A stretch of DNA of 64,000 bases from Candidatus Iainarchaeum sp. (GCA_023129115.1 JAGMCR010000002.1:78753-142752), one strand, 5' to 3'. Shown: positions 18,762-28,347, numbered from the stretch's first letter. Made by a program: numbers and translations. The notes: a model not told the origin generated them from the letters alone.

Positions 18762-19504
18762 TGAACACGGCAGAACTAAAGCACGTTGCCGGAAAAATGG
18801 GGTTCAACTTAATCTACCTGGAAAAGGATTATTTCCTGACGCTGCTGCTGTATTTGCTCAGGGACATTAGTGGCATTTGCTTCAAAGGCGGCACTGCATT
18901 GAACAAGATATTCCTCAATCACACGCGCCTCAGTGAGGACCTGGACTTCACGTGCACTGGCGACTTAAAAAAAGTAAAAAAGGAAGTGCTGGAAGTACTG
19001 GGAGAAAACAAAAGCATTTTCACTCGTCACGAGTTTGATAACCAGACACAAAACTTCTTCCGCCTAAAAGTATTCTACAAAAGCGATTTCTCCAAGAACA
19101 GCTACGTGGTTCTTGACGTGAACAGCAAAGCATCGGTTCACAAGAAACCAAAAGCAGAAGTAGTGCCGCACTTCTATGAATCTATTCCACAATTCAAGGT
19201 TAAGACACTGGCACCTGAAGAACTTGTAGCTGAAAAAGTGAGGGCACTGATAACCCGGAACCAGCCCCGGGATTATTATGATGTCTACACTCTCCTGCAA
19301 AATGGTTACAAGGTGAACAAAGCCCTGCTAAGAAAAAAGTTGGCCGAAGCAAATGAATGCTTTGATATTGACAGGATATTCGTAAACGCCAAGAAGATTT
19401 ATTCAAAGTGGGATGAGGATGTTGCCCATTTAACAAACAAACCAGTAACGTACACCGCTGCCATCAAGGCTCTCCAGAAAGAGTTCGGGTACAAGAGCAA
19501 ATAA
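18743..19504 (+). CDS. AbiEii-like nucleotidyltransferase toxin
   Basis: EKDY, FKGGTAL, RLSEDLDF, AEKVRAL, PRDYYD. Confidence 0.92.
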   Translation: MAEISLMNTAELKHVAGKMGFNLIYLEKDYFLTLLLYLLRDISGICFKGGTALNKIFLNHTRLSEDLDFTCTGDLKKVKKEVLEVLGENKSIFTRHEFDNQTQNFFRLKVFYKSDFSKNSYVVLDVNSKASVHKKPKAEVVPHFYESIPQFKVKTLAPEELVAEKVRALITRNQPRDYYDVYTLLQNGYKVNKALLRKKLAEANECFDIDRIFVNAKKIYSKWDEDVAHLTNKPVTYTAAIKALQKEFGYKSK

Positions 19505-19695
19505 CAGGCACCTCGTTTCCGCGGAGCTTTCTGGAAAGCAAGGGGGGCACCCCCGCGCGTCCCCCGACGTTGGCCTTAAGCCAACGTCCAGCTGCAACGC
19601 CCTCCCCGCTTGGCGCCTTCGGCGCAGAATCTAGAGCCACACGACTTGGCCCCCCTTAGGCTCTAATCTCGCTGTGTTTCCGGGGCTCTTGCTTT

Positions 19696-20364
19696 TCAGC
19701 GCCAGCTTATCTCGCCTGTTTTTAGGACAGAGCCGTCGTTCATGTCTATGTACGCCACCAGTCCTTTCCCCCCTTCGCCGCTGACAGGGCCCAGCCTTAT
19801 GTCATAAACCGGATAATCAGCGACCAGGTAATTGTAATCTGCCGTGACCGACATTGCCCCCAGGCCTTCCAAACCAGTTTGTTGCTTTGCTATTTCAACG
19901 GCTTCCGGGCTATCAATGTTCCACTTGGACGTATCCGCCAGTCTTTTCCCGGCGTGTTCTTCCCAGCTGCCCTCGCTTATCTCCATCGCGTCTTTGCCCT
20001 CGTAGCACCCGAACCCACCTGAGAGCAGCTCGCCTTTGTTTATGACCGCGAAGACGAGCGTGAACGTGTTGTCAGACTGCTTTTTCTCGAATGTCACTAT
20101 CCACGTATCGCTCCTGCCGTCCTCAACCGCCGCGTGGCCTTTCTTGTGCCCGACAACGGTTCCTCCAGCCCCTATATCGCGGAGGTGCACGTCACCGAAC
20201 TCGGCTGACGCGCGCTCGTAAGCCATGTCAAATGCTTCCCTGGCCGTTACTTCATTCACCGGAGCCGCGGGTGCCTTTGCCCCCTCTGCCCCCTCGCCTG
20301 CTCCCTGGACGCAGCCCATCGTAACTGCAAGCACTAACAGCAAAACCAATAATGATTTCCTCAT
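19696..20364 (-). CDS. Hypothetical lipoprotein (PepSY-like)
   Basis: Lipobox TMGC; IDSPEAVEIAK...YIDMNDGSVL. Confidence 0.7.
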   Translation of the reverse strand: MRKSLLVLLLVLAVTMGCVQGAGEGAEGAKAPAAPVNEVTAREAFDMAYERASAEFGDVHLRDIGAGGTVVGHKKGHAAVEDGRSDTWIVTFEKKQSDNTFTLVFAVINKGELLSGGFGCYEGKDAMEISEGSWEEHAGKRLADTSKWNIDSPEAVEIAKQQTGLEGLGAMSVTADYNYLVADYPVYDIRLGPVSGEGGKGLVAYIDMNDGSVLKTGEISWR

Positions 20365-20557
20365 CAAAAGACCTCCAGCAGGAGGATACGCCGAACGCCT
20401 ATAAAAAGGCACTCTTTGGGCCCAGGCTCTAGACCCGTGCGATTTATTCCCTCCCGAGGCTCCATTACCACGTCAAGGAGCCTCTGCCTTTTTTGCATGA
20501 GGGAAGTTTATATATGCTCACTGTGGCAAGAAGATACATAATAGAGGAGGATTTAGT

Positions 20558-21172
20558 TTGTTTGATTTGATCGATTTTTTAGAGGAACACTGGAGAGCGG
20601 TTGGCATTGCTTTAATAATCTTCCTTATATCCTGTATCTTCACGCTTGCCTCAATCTTAATTGGACAGATGGAACCGGTAGTGGATATTCTAATAACAAA
20701 TGGTTCTCCACATTTCATTAGTTTTGTTACTTTTTCATCGTCAATGACCAACATCTTAACTACTATGGGCTGGCTAATTGCTTTTTGTTGGATGGCCGCT
20801 GTTTACTTGAATGAATTGGCGATATGGAACTATGGAAAAGCAAACGAAGAAAAGTTTTATTTGGGTCCGGGAGATGATAACGAACATTTTGACAAGCATG
20901 GAGAGAAGTATCACCCGAAGAAAGAAAAGAATCAGGAAATGACAATAATGGCTGATGGATTACTCGAATTCAAAAGAATCCTGCTCGCTGTAGTTTATGT
21001 GGGCATAATCCTATTTGCGATAGGAACAATTTTTAGTTTGGATAGTTTAACAATGTTCTATTTGGGGCATATCAGCTTTTCGTTTGTTAGTTTATTTGTT
21101 ATGATGGCGTTCAGCATTTTTAAATTATACCCTAAGATTGCACCATCCCACAGAACCGATGGAGAGGGTTAA
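20558..21172 (+). CDS. Hypothetical membrane protein (low GC)
   Basis: About 4 TM segments; upstream GGAGG. Confidence 0.65.
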   Translation: MFDLIDFLEEHWRAVGIALIIFLISCIFTLASILIGQMEPVVDILITNGSPHFISFVTFSSSMTNILTTMGWLIAFCWMAAVYLNELAIWNYGKANEEKFYLGPGDDNEHFDKHGEKYHPKKEKNQEMTIMADGLLEFKRILLAVVYVGIILFAIGTIFSLDSLTMFYLGHISFSFVSLFVMMAFSIFKLYPKIAPSHRTDGEG

Positions 21173-21189
21173 GTCGCAGTTGGGATAAT

Positions 21190-22620
21190 ATGAAAAACAC
21201 AAAGAAAGCATCAAAAACAGCGCATAAGAATCAACGCGATTCATTTGTTAGATCCCAAAATGAACATTGCTTTCTGAAAGATAAACAAAAAATAAAGTAT
21301 CATTCCTTTATTCTTCTGGAGATAGTTCCTCTGGAAAGAATCCAAAAACTTATCCATGGGCTTGACAAGCTGTATGCTAAAGCTTCAGTGGCATCTGAAT
21401 CTCAATTGAGATATAAGGACATTCTTTCAACCAGTCATCTAAAACTCTTCGAGAGAAATACAATAAATTTACCGTATGTAGTTACAAAAAAACTCAAAGG
21501 CAAAATTTTGTCTAATTGTGTATTTCACGATCTCGGAGATCATATTCGGCACATCCATATCTCAATTTACAAAGTTTTGCCATCTACCGTGATTCTTCAG
21601 ATTCAAGTACATCTAAATGATAAACTAAGCAAAAAGATAAACGATGTTATTTATAGCTACCACAAAGAGATTAGGAAACCAGTTGAGACACCTAGGGGCA
21701 AATACACCCAGATATATGGCCCCCCTCATCAGAAAGAGAATCAAATTTATCAAGTTAGAAAAGACTTGCACAAGGAAGCTATTGATTTCTTAAAAAAGTA
21801 TTTCACAGGATATTTTTTTGAATTGTCTGATGAGAGCATCTCGGTAGTACCCTCAATCGATTTGTTTTCTTTGGATTATCCTAACGAAGATGGCCAAATT
21901 TTGGATTGGGGCGATAAAAACCATGGATTCTTTCAGTGTTTCAGCACATATATCGGGCCGTGGGATTCTTTTAAGTACAAAAACTACCTGTTTTGTCTTG
22001 AATCCAAAAGAAACGCCAAGTTTGAGAATTATCTGATATTTGCCAACAGAAAGACCACATCGAATAATATGTATCCCGATATTGATGCTTCCATTGAAGA
22101 AACCCTTAATTTCTGTTCCTTTGATTTAGTGGCCATTAACAGGTGGATTAAAGTTCAAGAAGAGATGGTAGGAACGCTTAATTCAACCGTGTCGAGGGAA
22201 ATATCTCAGATACAACAAAATAGATTTAGTAAAGCTATAGAAACCAGAAAATCTGTTCTTAAGAGTATTTTTCCCTTTGAACGCTTTGCAACAGAGTATG
22301 TAAGATACAAAATGATTCCTGATAAATTTGAATTTAAAAGCCTTAAAGATGAGAGAGCCCCCGACAAACAAATTGACTTGTTCAATGGATTGAAAGAAGG
22401 AATCACTGCGAAAATTACGGAACTACATGAATTGATTAATGGATTTACAAGACAGCATGAAAGTATTATGGCCTTAAAAAATCTGGAATTCAGTAAGAAT
22501 ATGCAAAACCTTATTATCATATTGACAATAGCTCTTATAGTGTTAACGATAATCCAAATAGGCATAGGGGCATATGGATTAAAAACACCTGGTTTAATAG
22601 TGAGATTTCTCTTCGGATGA
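21190..22620 (+). CDS. Hypothetical protein with C-terminal coiled coil and TM anchor (low GC)
   Basis: 476-aa ORF ending in hydrophobic LIIILTIALIVLTIIQIGIG. Confidence 0.75.
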   Translation: MKNTKKASKTAHKNQRDSFVRSQNEHCFLKDKQKIKYHSFILLEIVPLERIQKLIHGLDKLYAKASVASESQLRYKDILSTSHLKLFERNTINLPYVVTKKLKGKILSNCVFHDLGDHIRHIHISIYKVLPSTVILQIQVHLNDKLSKKINDVIYSYHKEIRKPVETPRGKYTQIYGPPHQKENQIYQVRKDLHKEAIDFLKKYFTGYFFELSDESISVVPSIDLFSLDYPNEDGQILDWGDKNHGFFQCFSTYIGPWDSFKYKNYLFCLESKRNAKFENYLIFANRKTTSNNMYPDIDASIEETLNFCSFDLVAINRWIKVQEEMVGTLNSTVSREISQIQQNRFSKAIETRKSVLKSIFPFERFATEYVRYKMIPDKFEFKSLKDERAPDKQIDLFNGLKEGITAKITELHELINGFTRQHESIMALKNLEFSKNMQNLIIILTIALIVLTIIQIGIGAYGLKTPGLIVRFLFG

Positions 22621-22863
22621 TAACTCGGGGGTTATCCTCTAATCCACCTACCCGTCTGAGCTTTATTCCGCACCAGTCTATAAATAGTCCTTTGAGCAGA
22701 GCCTCGGGGGCATGAGGACCGACCCTTACAATACCGGTACGAAGCTAGTGAATTGCCTTGAGCGGGTTAGGGGGTGTAGAGCCAACTTTATTAATAGAGG
22801 CGTGCATAAAGCCAGTAGAGGGCAATTTATTTATATAGCCGGTTCATTTGTATGGCTTAGAGG

Positions 22864-23598
22864 GTGAACAGAGAGATGGTTGGCGCAGTTATGGATTCGC
22901 AGTACGTACTGAACACTTACTCACCAGAATTAAGTCGTGCTATCTTCTCAATCCAAAGCCCCTTAACACAGGGCTACACCTACTTGCGGAGGAACCGCAA
23001 GGCCAAGACCGTCGAAAAGCTCTTTGAAGAGCTTGACATGCTCACACACGCAGAGAAAGAAGAATTGATAACCGAGTTAATTGCGTACCTCCCCAAAGAC
23101 TCCAGCATGTCCGAGTTCGAGAGAGCCAAAAAAGAGCTCGCGAACCTTGACAAAAACGCCAAGATAAACAACTTGCTGAAAGACCTAAAGGTTAAGTACG
23201 AACGGCTAAGCCAAAAAGACAAACTAGAAATATTTAAGCTATCAATATCAAAAACAACGCCCACCCTAGTCGCGCTCAGGGACTTCATATCCGAGAACAT
23301 GCTTGAAGCAAAAGACATCGAAGCACTCATGGTCATAGACCAAGCGGTTTACGTCGCTGGAACGCTATGCGACGAGATACTGAAAGCAATTGAAAAGAAC
23401 CAAGACGAAAGAGTGGAACTACTTCACGCTTTCTTGTTTTTCCTTCTCCTGGAGCTAGAAGCGATTCGCCGCGGCACAGTCGAGCCCGAAACGCTTTACG
23501 ACAATATCGCGTTCATCACGAGCTTCACAGACAAGACCCGTGAAGAGCGAAGCATTGAAATCAAGCAAAGCGTGTTCGGGGTAGCGGGAGTAGCTTAA
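22864..23598 (+). CDS. Hypothetical helical protein coupled to PIN gene
   Basis: 244 aa; TAATG stop/start overlap with the next gene. Confidence 0.7.
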   Translation: MNREMVGAVMDSQYVLNTYSPELSRAIFSIQSPLTQGYTYLRRNRKAKTVEKLFEELDMLTHAEKEELITELIAYLPKDSSMSEFERAKKELANLDKNAKINNLLKDLKVKYERLSQKDKLEIFKLSISKTTPTLVALRDFISENMLEAKDIEALMVIDQAVYVAGTLCDEILKAIEKNQDERVELLHAFLFFLLLELEAIRRGTVEPETLYDNIAFITSFTDKTREERSIEIKQSVFGVAGVA

Positions 23599-24275
23599 TG
23601 AACTCCATAGACTCGAACGTGGTCATTGCAGTAGCGAACCCGTTTGACTACTCCCACAAGACATCAGTCAAAACAGTCAAGAACCTAGACGAGCTGCTCG
23701 TCCTCCTTAACGTGTTCACGGAAAGCAAGGCAACCATACAACGGAAGTACAACAAGTCGCTCGCGAAGTCGGTAACGGAAATAAGAAAAATCACGGCCGA
23801 GAGGAACTCCCTGCTCTTCGGCAAGCTCGTTGTCCAAGCCCTCGAAAAACTCAAGAAAAACAACCCAAATCTAGAAGGCTTCATAGACCTCGTCTACTCT
23901 GAATTCCGGACCTGCGAAAACCAAAAGGACATCAGCGCAGCCATGAGCCGACTAAACGTATTTGGAGTAGCCTTAATCAAGTCACTGGAGGATGTCCTGA
24001 GGAAAGAGCGCCCAGACATTGAGTTTTATGAGCCAACCGAAGAGTTCAACAAAATGCACCTAAAAGTCTATGACCTGATTGCCGGGTCATATTTCCAGGA
24101 CCGAAACGACAAGCTCATCTACACCGACTGCGTGGCCCTCGCGCAGATTGAAAACGACAAGCTCACGTTCCACACGTTTGACGAGGAGTTCCACAAGACC
24201 GCGAAAAGCACTAATGCTTCACTACCCCAGAAATACTCCAAATTAGTGGATTTCAACAAGCTAAAACCAAATTAA
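23598..24275 (+). CDS. PIN-domain protein
   Basis: IDSNVVIA, ES, NDKLIY and HTFD acidic motifs with a large helical insert. Confidence 0.7.
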   Translation: MNSIDSNVVIAVANPFDYSHKTSVKTVKNLDELLVLLNVFTESKATIQRKYNKSLAKSVTEIRKITAERNSLLFGKLVVQALEKLKKNNPNLEGFIDLVYSEFRTCENQKDISAAMSRLNVFGVALIKSLEDVLRKERPDIEFYEPTEEFNKMHLKVYDLIAGSYFQDRNDKLIYTDCVALAQIENDKLTFHTFDEEFHKTAKSTNASLPQKYSKLVDFNKLKPN

Positions 24276-24357
24276 ACGGGGACACTTGACCTAGTCGAGC
24301 CGCCCTCCCGAGGCTTTTTATATTTTAACCGCGTAACTGCTTGAGCGGGGTGCGTTT

Positions 24358-25293
24358 ATGGACTATCAAAGATTCATAACAGAAAAAACAAAAATGATTT
24401 CTGATGCCGTTGGGGGCGGCGTTGCAATCAATGCCCTGTCCGGGGGAGTGGACAGTTCAGTTGTTACAGTGCTTGGCCACAAGGCAATCGGCGACAGGCT
24501 GAAGACTTATTTTGTCAACAGTGGGCTGATGAGGGAGGGCGAGGCCAAGCAAGTCGTGGACTGCTTTGCAGGGCTCGGGATAGAAGTCAATGTGCTCGAG
24601 GCGCAGGAAGAGTTCTTCAGTGCCCTGAAGGGGCTGGAAGACCCCGAGGAAAAAAGGAATGCAATCACCAACAGTTTTTATGCAAACGTTTTCAGCAGGC
24701 TTGTCAGGGAAAGCGGGGCAAAGACCCTTCTGCAGGGCACCATACTCACTGACGTTGACGAGACAGTGGCGGGAATAAAGAGGCAGCACAACGTCCTGGA
24801 GCAGCTTGGGATTGACACCGAGAAGGAATATGGCTACAAGGTCCTTGAGCCACTCATTGAGCTGAGGAAGGACGGCGTGAGGGAGCTTGGGAAAGCGCTT
24901 GGAATGCCAGAAGACGTCTTCACGAGGATTCCCTTCCCCGGCCCTGCACTGGCCGCCAGGGTGATTGGGGAGGTAACGCCCGAAAGAGTGGGGCTGGCCA
25001 GGAAGGCGACAAAAATAGTTGAGGAAGAGCTCAAGGACTCAAACGCATTCCAGTATTTCGCGGTGCTCATGAGCGACAGGGCCACGGGAATGAGGGAAGG
25101 GAAGAGGGCGTTTGGCGAAATAATCGTGGTAAGGTGCGTGGAAAGCATTGACGCGCGAACCGCAACCCCAACGCAGCTGCCCTGGGAAAAGCTAAAGGCA
25201 ATAGAGCAAAAGATTACGTCTGAGCTGCCGGAAGTCGTCAGGGTCCTGTACGACCTAACCCCAAAGCCGCCCTCGACAATAGAATTCGTATAG
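24358..25293 (+). CDS. guaAB: GMP synthase subunit B (ATP pyrophosphatase)
   Basis: ALSGGVDS, DPEEKR, QGTI..D, IKRQHNV, PFPGPALAAR, YDLTPKPPSTIE. Confidence 0.93.
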   Translation: MDYQRFITEKTKMISDAVGGGVAINALSGGVDSSVVTVLGHKAIGDRLKTYFVNSGLMREGEAKQVVDCFAGLGIEVNVLEAQEEFFSALKGLEDPEEKRNAITNSFYANVFSRLVRESGAKTLLQGTILTDVDETVAGIKRQHNVLEQLGIDTEKEYGYKVLEPLIELRKDGVRELGKALGMPEDVFTRIPFPGPALAARVIGEVTPERVGLARKATKIVEEELKDSNAFQYFAVLMSDRATGMREGKRAFGEIIVVRCVESIDARTATPTQLPWEKLKAIEQKITSELPEVVRVLYDLTPKPPSTIEFV

Positions 25294-25421
25294 CGCATAA
25301 GCTTCTATGGTGTCTCCTGAAACAATTGGATGGGAATGCAAGGCCCCCCCCGAGGCCCTTATCATCCAGTGCTGGATTCCGCACCAAACTATTTATAGAA
25401 CTTCGAGTCATCATTTATGGA

Positions 25422-26165
25422 ATGCCCGAGATTACATTGTTGTTGGTTTTACTCGCCGGAGTGGCCGCGGGCTTTTTTGATTCAGCACTTGGGGCTGGCG
25501 GCTTAATCTCAGTCCCGTCCCTCATCTTTCTCGGCCTTCCCCCCCAAGTCGCAATAGCAACTGACAGGTTCGGCACCCTCGGCCAAATGACCACTGCCTT
25601 CTTCAAGTTCTGGAAAGCCAAAAAAATACTCTGGAAATACGTCCCTATCCTCGCAGCCATTAGTTTGGTGGGTTCCTTAATTGGCGCAAACATCTTGTTG
25701 GCTGTTGACCCGAATATCCTCCAGCAAATTGTTGGCGTCTTCCTGCTTGTCCTCCTGCCGTTCATATTCTTGAAACAAAACATTGGCGTCAAGCGAAGCA
25801 AAGTGCCCAAGTCCAAGGCCGCGCTGGGTTTACTGATTTATTTCCTCATCATGATTTTTGGAGGATTTTTTGGCCAGGGAACAGGGCCCATGATATTCTA
25901 TGCCCTCACGTACTTCCTCGGGTTTACAATGATTGAGGTGCTTGCCACCGGCATCATCCCCTGGTTTGTCCTCTCCATATCCTCATTGGTGATATTCGCG
26001 CTCTATGGAATCATCGACTATGAAGTCGGGATTGTCTTGCTCATAGGCATGGCGGTTGGTGGCTACATCGGCGCCCACGTCGTGTTAAAAAAAGGCGACT
26101 TGTGGGTAAAACGCCTGTTTATTCTGTTCGTAATCATTTCAGGCCTAAAATTATTGTTCTTTTAG
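25422..26165 (+). CDS. TauE/SafE (TSUP) family transporter
   Basis: GAGGLISVP, AIAT, GGFFGQGTG, GGYIGA. Confidence 0.9.
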   Translation: MPEITLLLVLLAGVAAGFFDSALGAGGLISVPSLIFLGLPPQVAIATDRFGTLGQMTTAFFKFWKAKKILWKYVPILAAISLVGSLIGANILLAVDPNILQQIVGVFLLVLLPFIFLKQNIGVKRSKVPKSKAALGLLIYFLIMIFGGFFGQGTGPMIFYALTYFLGFTMIEVLATGIIPWFVLSISSLVIFALYGIIDYEVGIVLLIGMAVGGYIGAHVVLKKGDLWVKRLFILFVIISGLKLLFF

Positions 26166-26199
26166 AAACGTTTTTATTCTGCGCCGCTGTTTTTATTTC

Positions 26200-26688
26200 A
26201 TGGCAGCCGCCACCCCTCCCGCAAAGACAAAAATAATTGACGTCACTCCACACGACCCGACCGCAAAGACAAAGATTGAGGTCGACGCCATGCACAAAAC
26301 AGTGTACGTGACCGAGTACCACCCGTTCCACAAGCGCACGCGCGGAGAAAAAATCGCAGACCTCGTCGCAGAAGTCGGCGGCAGCTGGTCCTTCATACTA
26401 CTTTTTTTCTTCTACCTATCGGTGTGGGTTGGCCTGAACCTCTGGCTCGTCGGCACCGCCGGCGCGTTCGACCCGTACCCCTTCATACTCCTCAACCTAA
26501 CCCTCTCCTGCCTCGCCGCGATACAGGCCCCGGTAATCCTCATGAGCCAGAACCGGTCTGCGAAGAGGGACAGGAAAAAAGAAGAGCACGACCACTTAAT
26601 CAACAAGAAGGCAGAGCACGAAATCGCGGACATGCAGAAAGACCTCGAGGAAATCAAGGGCATGATACGGAAGCTCTCCAAGAAGTAG
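26200..26688 (+). CDS. DUF1003 membrane protein
   Basis: GGSWSF, FDPYPFILLNL, QAPVILMSQNR. Confidence 0.92.
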   Translation: MAAATPPAKTKIIDVTPHDPTAKTKIEVDAMHKTVYVTEYHPFHKRTRGEKIADLVAEVGGSWSFILLFFFYLSVWVGLNLWLVGTAGAFDPYPFILLNLTLSCLAAIQAPVILMSQNRSAKRDRKKEEHDHLINKKAEHEIADMQKDLEEIKGMIRKLSKK

Positions 26689-26696
26689 GCGTTCGC

Positions 26697-27374
26697 ATGC
26701 CCACTGCCGCACAACTCCTCAAGCAGCTAAAGCCCCTAGGCACCAAAAAGAACCGCGAGGGAATGGCGCGGTTCGGCATCAACACCACTGACGCGTTTGG
26801 CGTGCCAGTCCCAAAAATCCGTGCACTCGCCAAACAAATCGGGCCAGACCACAGGCTCGCCCAGGAACTGTGGAAGACCGGGAACCACGAGGCGCGCCTG
26901 CTCGCTTGCTTCATTGATGACCCCGCCAAAGTCACGGAGGCCCAGATGGGGCGCTGGGCAAAATGCTTTGACTCGTGGGACGTTTGCGACCAGTGCTGCG
27001 GCTGCTTGTTCGGCAAGGCCCCGTTCGCGTACAAAAAAGTGCGGGAGTGGGCGAGGCGCGACGAAGAGTTCGTGCGCCGCGCCGCGTTCGCGCTCCTCGC
27101 GTCCCTCGCCGTGCACGACAAGAAAGCGGGCGACAAAAAGTTCGAGCAGTTCTTTCCGCTCATCAAGAAGTACTCCACAGACGAAAGGAACTACGTCAAA
27201 AAAGCGGTGAACTGGGCGCTCCGCCAAATCGGCAAAAGAAACAAAGCGCTGAACAAAAAAGCCGTTGCCGCAGCGAAAGAAATAAAGAAAATCGACTCGC
27301 GTTCCGCGCGGTGGATTGCCGCGGACGCGATTCGCGAGCTAACAAGCGAGAAAGTCCGGCGGCGGCTTAACTGA
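26697..27374 (+). CDS. AlkD-like DNA alkylation repair protein
   Basis: GVPVPKIR, DSWDVCD, EFVRRA, DERNYVKKAVNWALRQIGK. Confidence 0.92.
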   Translation: MPTAAQLLKQLKPLGTKKNREGMARFGINTTDAFGVPVPKIRALAKQIGPDHRLAQELWKTGNHEARLLACFIDDPAKVTEAQMGRWAKCFDSWDVCDQCCGCLFGKAPFAYKKVREWARRDEEFVRRAAFALLASLAVHDKKAGDKKFEQFFPLIKKYSTDERNYVKKAVNWALRQIGKRNKALNKKAVAAAKEIKKIDSRSARWIAADAIRELTSEKVRRRLN

Positions 27375-28347
27375 GAGCTGCCTCTCCGCCTTCCTTGCGG
27401 AGCTTGATGATTGCTTTTGTTTGGTCTTTGATGTAGCTCTTCAATTCTTTTGTGAAATGCTCGCGCCCCTTGGTGAATGCCTTAAATTCCTCGATGCCGG
27501 CGCCGCCCATCAAATTCTTACCGTAGCTGAGCCTATCGTGGAGCTCGTCCATGGCGGCCTTCACTGACGTCGCTACTTCCACGCCGCCGTCCCTCTTTGT
27601 TATTCTCTTAATTTCCAGGTTGTCTTCTGTGGGCCAAAGCATCCTGTCCATCAACTCCTGAATGTTAAGCTGGACGCCAATTATTTCCCCCCCATAGTCG
27701 CTTTTTTGCGTCATCGTTCTCTCCCATTTTTCCCTTTTTGTTGGCAGCCGTATACCTCCGCGCCTACCTGCCCTCAGCACTGGATTATAATTGTCAGCCT
27801 CCGCCTTACGCATTATAACCCGCTGCTCCTCCGCCTTTTCTTCCAGCCGGGCTTTCGTTTTGTGCATGTCCTCAAGAACGTCAAGCTGTTCGATTATGTG
27901 GTTAATGTTCCAGAGGTATCCCGCGGGGTCTTCGTGGACAGTGGTCCGTATCTTGCGCTCTTCAATGTTCCTGATGTCCTGCGGCTTGGCCATTTTGTAC
28001 GCAGCCTGTTGCTCCGACCAGGTCTTCAGTGCTATATCACTTTTTGCGTGGAGTTCCTTCATTTTTGCTTCAGTTAGCTTGTTTTTTTCTACTAACTCGT
28101 CGACCTCTTTATGCAGTTCCTCTAGAATAGTTTTTTTGAATTGCTTTATGGTGGTTTGCTTGATGGCTCCCGCCTCTTTTTCGGTAGCCCGCTCTGCCCC
28201 CCATTTTTCAAGGTCTTTTCCCTTGTAGGGCACAATATAGTCCTTATTCTCCCCTACTTGGATTCTCCTCCCCAAGTTGCTCCCAACGACTTTTGTGCCA
28301 CGCTTCTTGGAGCTTTTTTTCTTCCCGGAACCGCCTTTCTTGGCCAT
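27367..28347 (-). CDS. Hypothetical basic coiled-coil protein
   Basis: Lys-rich N-terminus, helical; GGTGG upstream of the ATG. Confidence 0.7.
   Translation of the reverse strand: MAKKGGSGKKKSSKKRGTKVVGSNLGRRIQVGENKDYIVPYKGKDLEKWGAERATEKEAGAIKQTTIKQFKKTILEELHKEVDELVEKNKLTEAKMKELHAKSDIALKTWSEQQAAYKMAKPQDIRNIEERKIRTTVHEDPAGYLWNINHIIEQLDVLEDMHKTKARLEEKAEEQRVIMRKAEADNYNPVLRAGRRGGIRLPTKREKWERTMTQKSDYGGEIIGVQLNIQELMDRMLWPTEDNLEIKRITKRDGGVEVATSVKAAMDELHDRLSYGKNLMGGAGIEEFKAFTKGREHFTKELKSYIKDQTKAIIKLRKEGGEAALS

Larger units (their letters stand above)
4828..25407 (+). mobile_element. Tandem cassette array punctuated by tRNA-3'-end-like core CCCTCCCG(A/G)GGCT
   Basis: Core copies at 4847, 5730, 5898, 6080, 11311, 11585, 12930, 13871, 14085, 16207, 20449, 24303; degenerate copies at 10203, 17352, 19650, 25344; all on + strand and intergenic. 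The mobile interpretation is inference. Confidence 0.7.

Noticed and set aside
4847-25356. CRISPR array interpretation of the repeated core
   Set aside because: Core is only 11-20 bp, spacing ranges from about 170 bp to over 4 kb and includes whole genes; no cas genes in the window.
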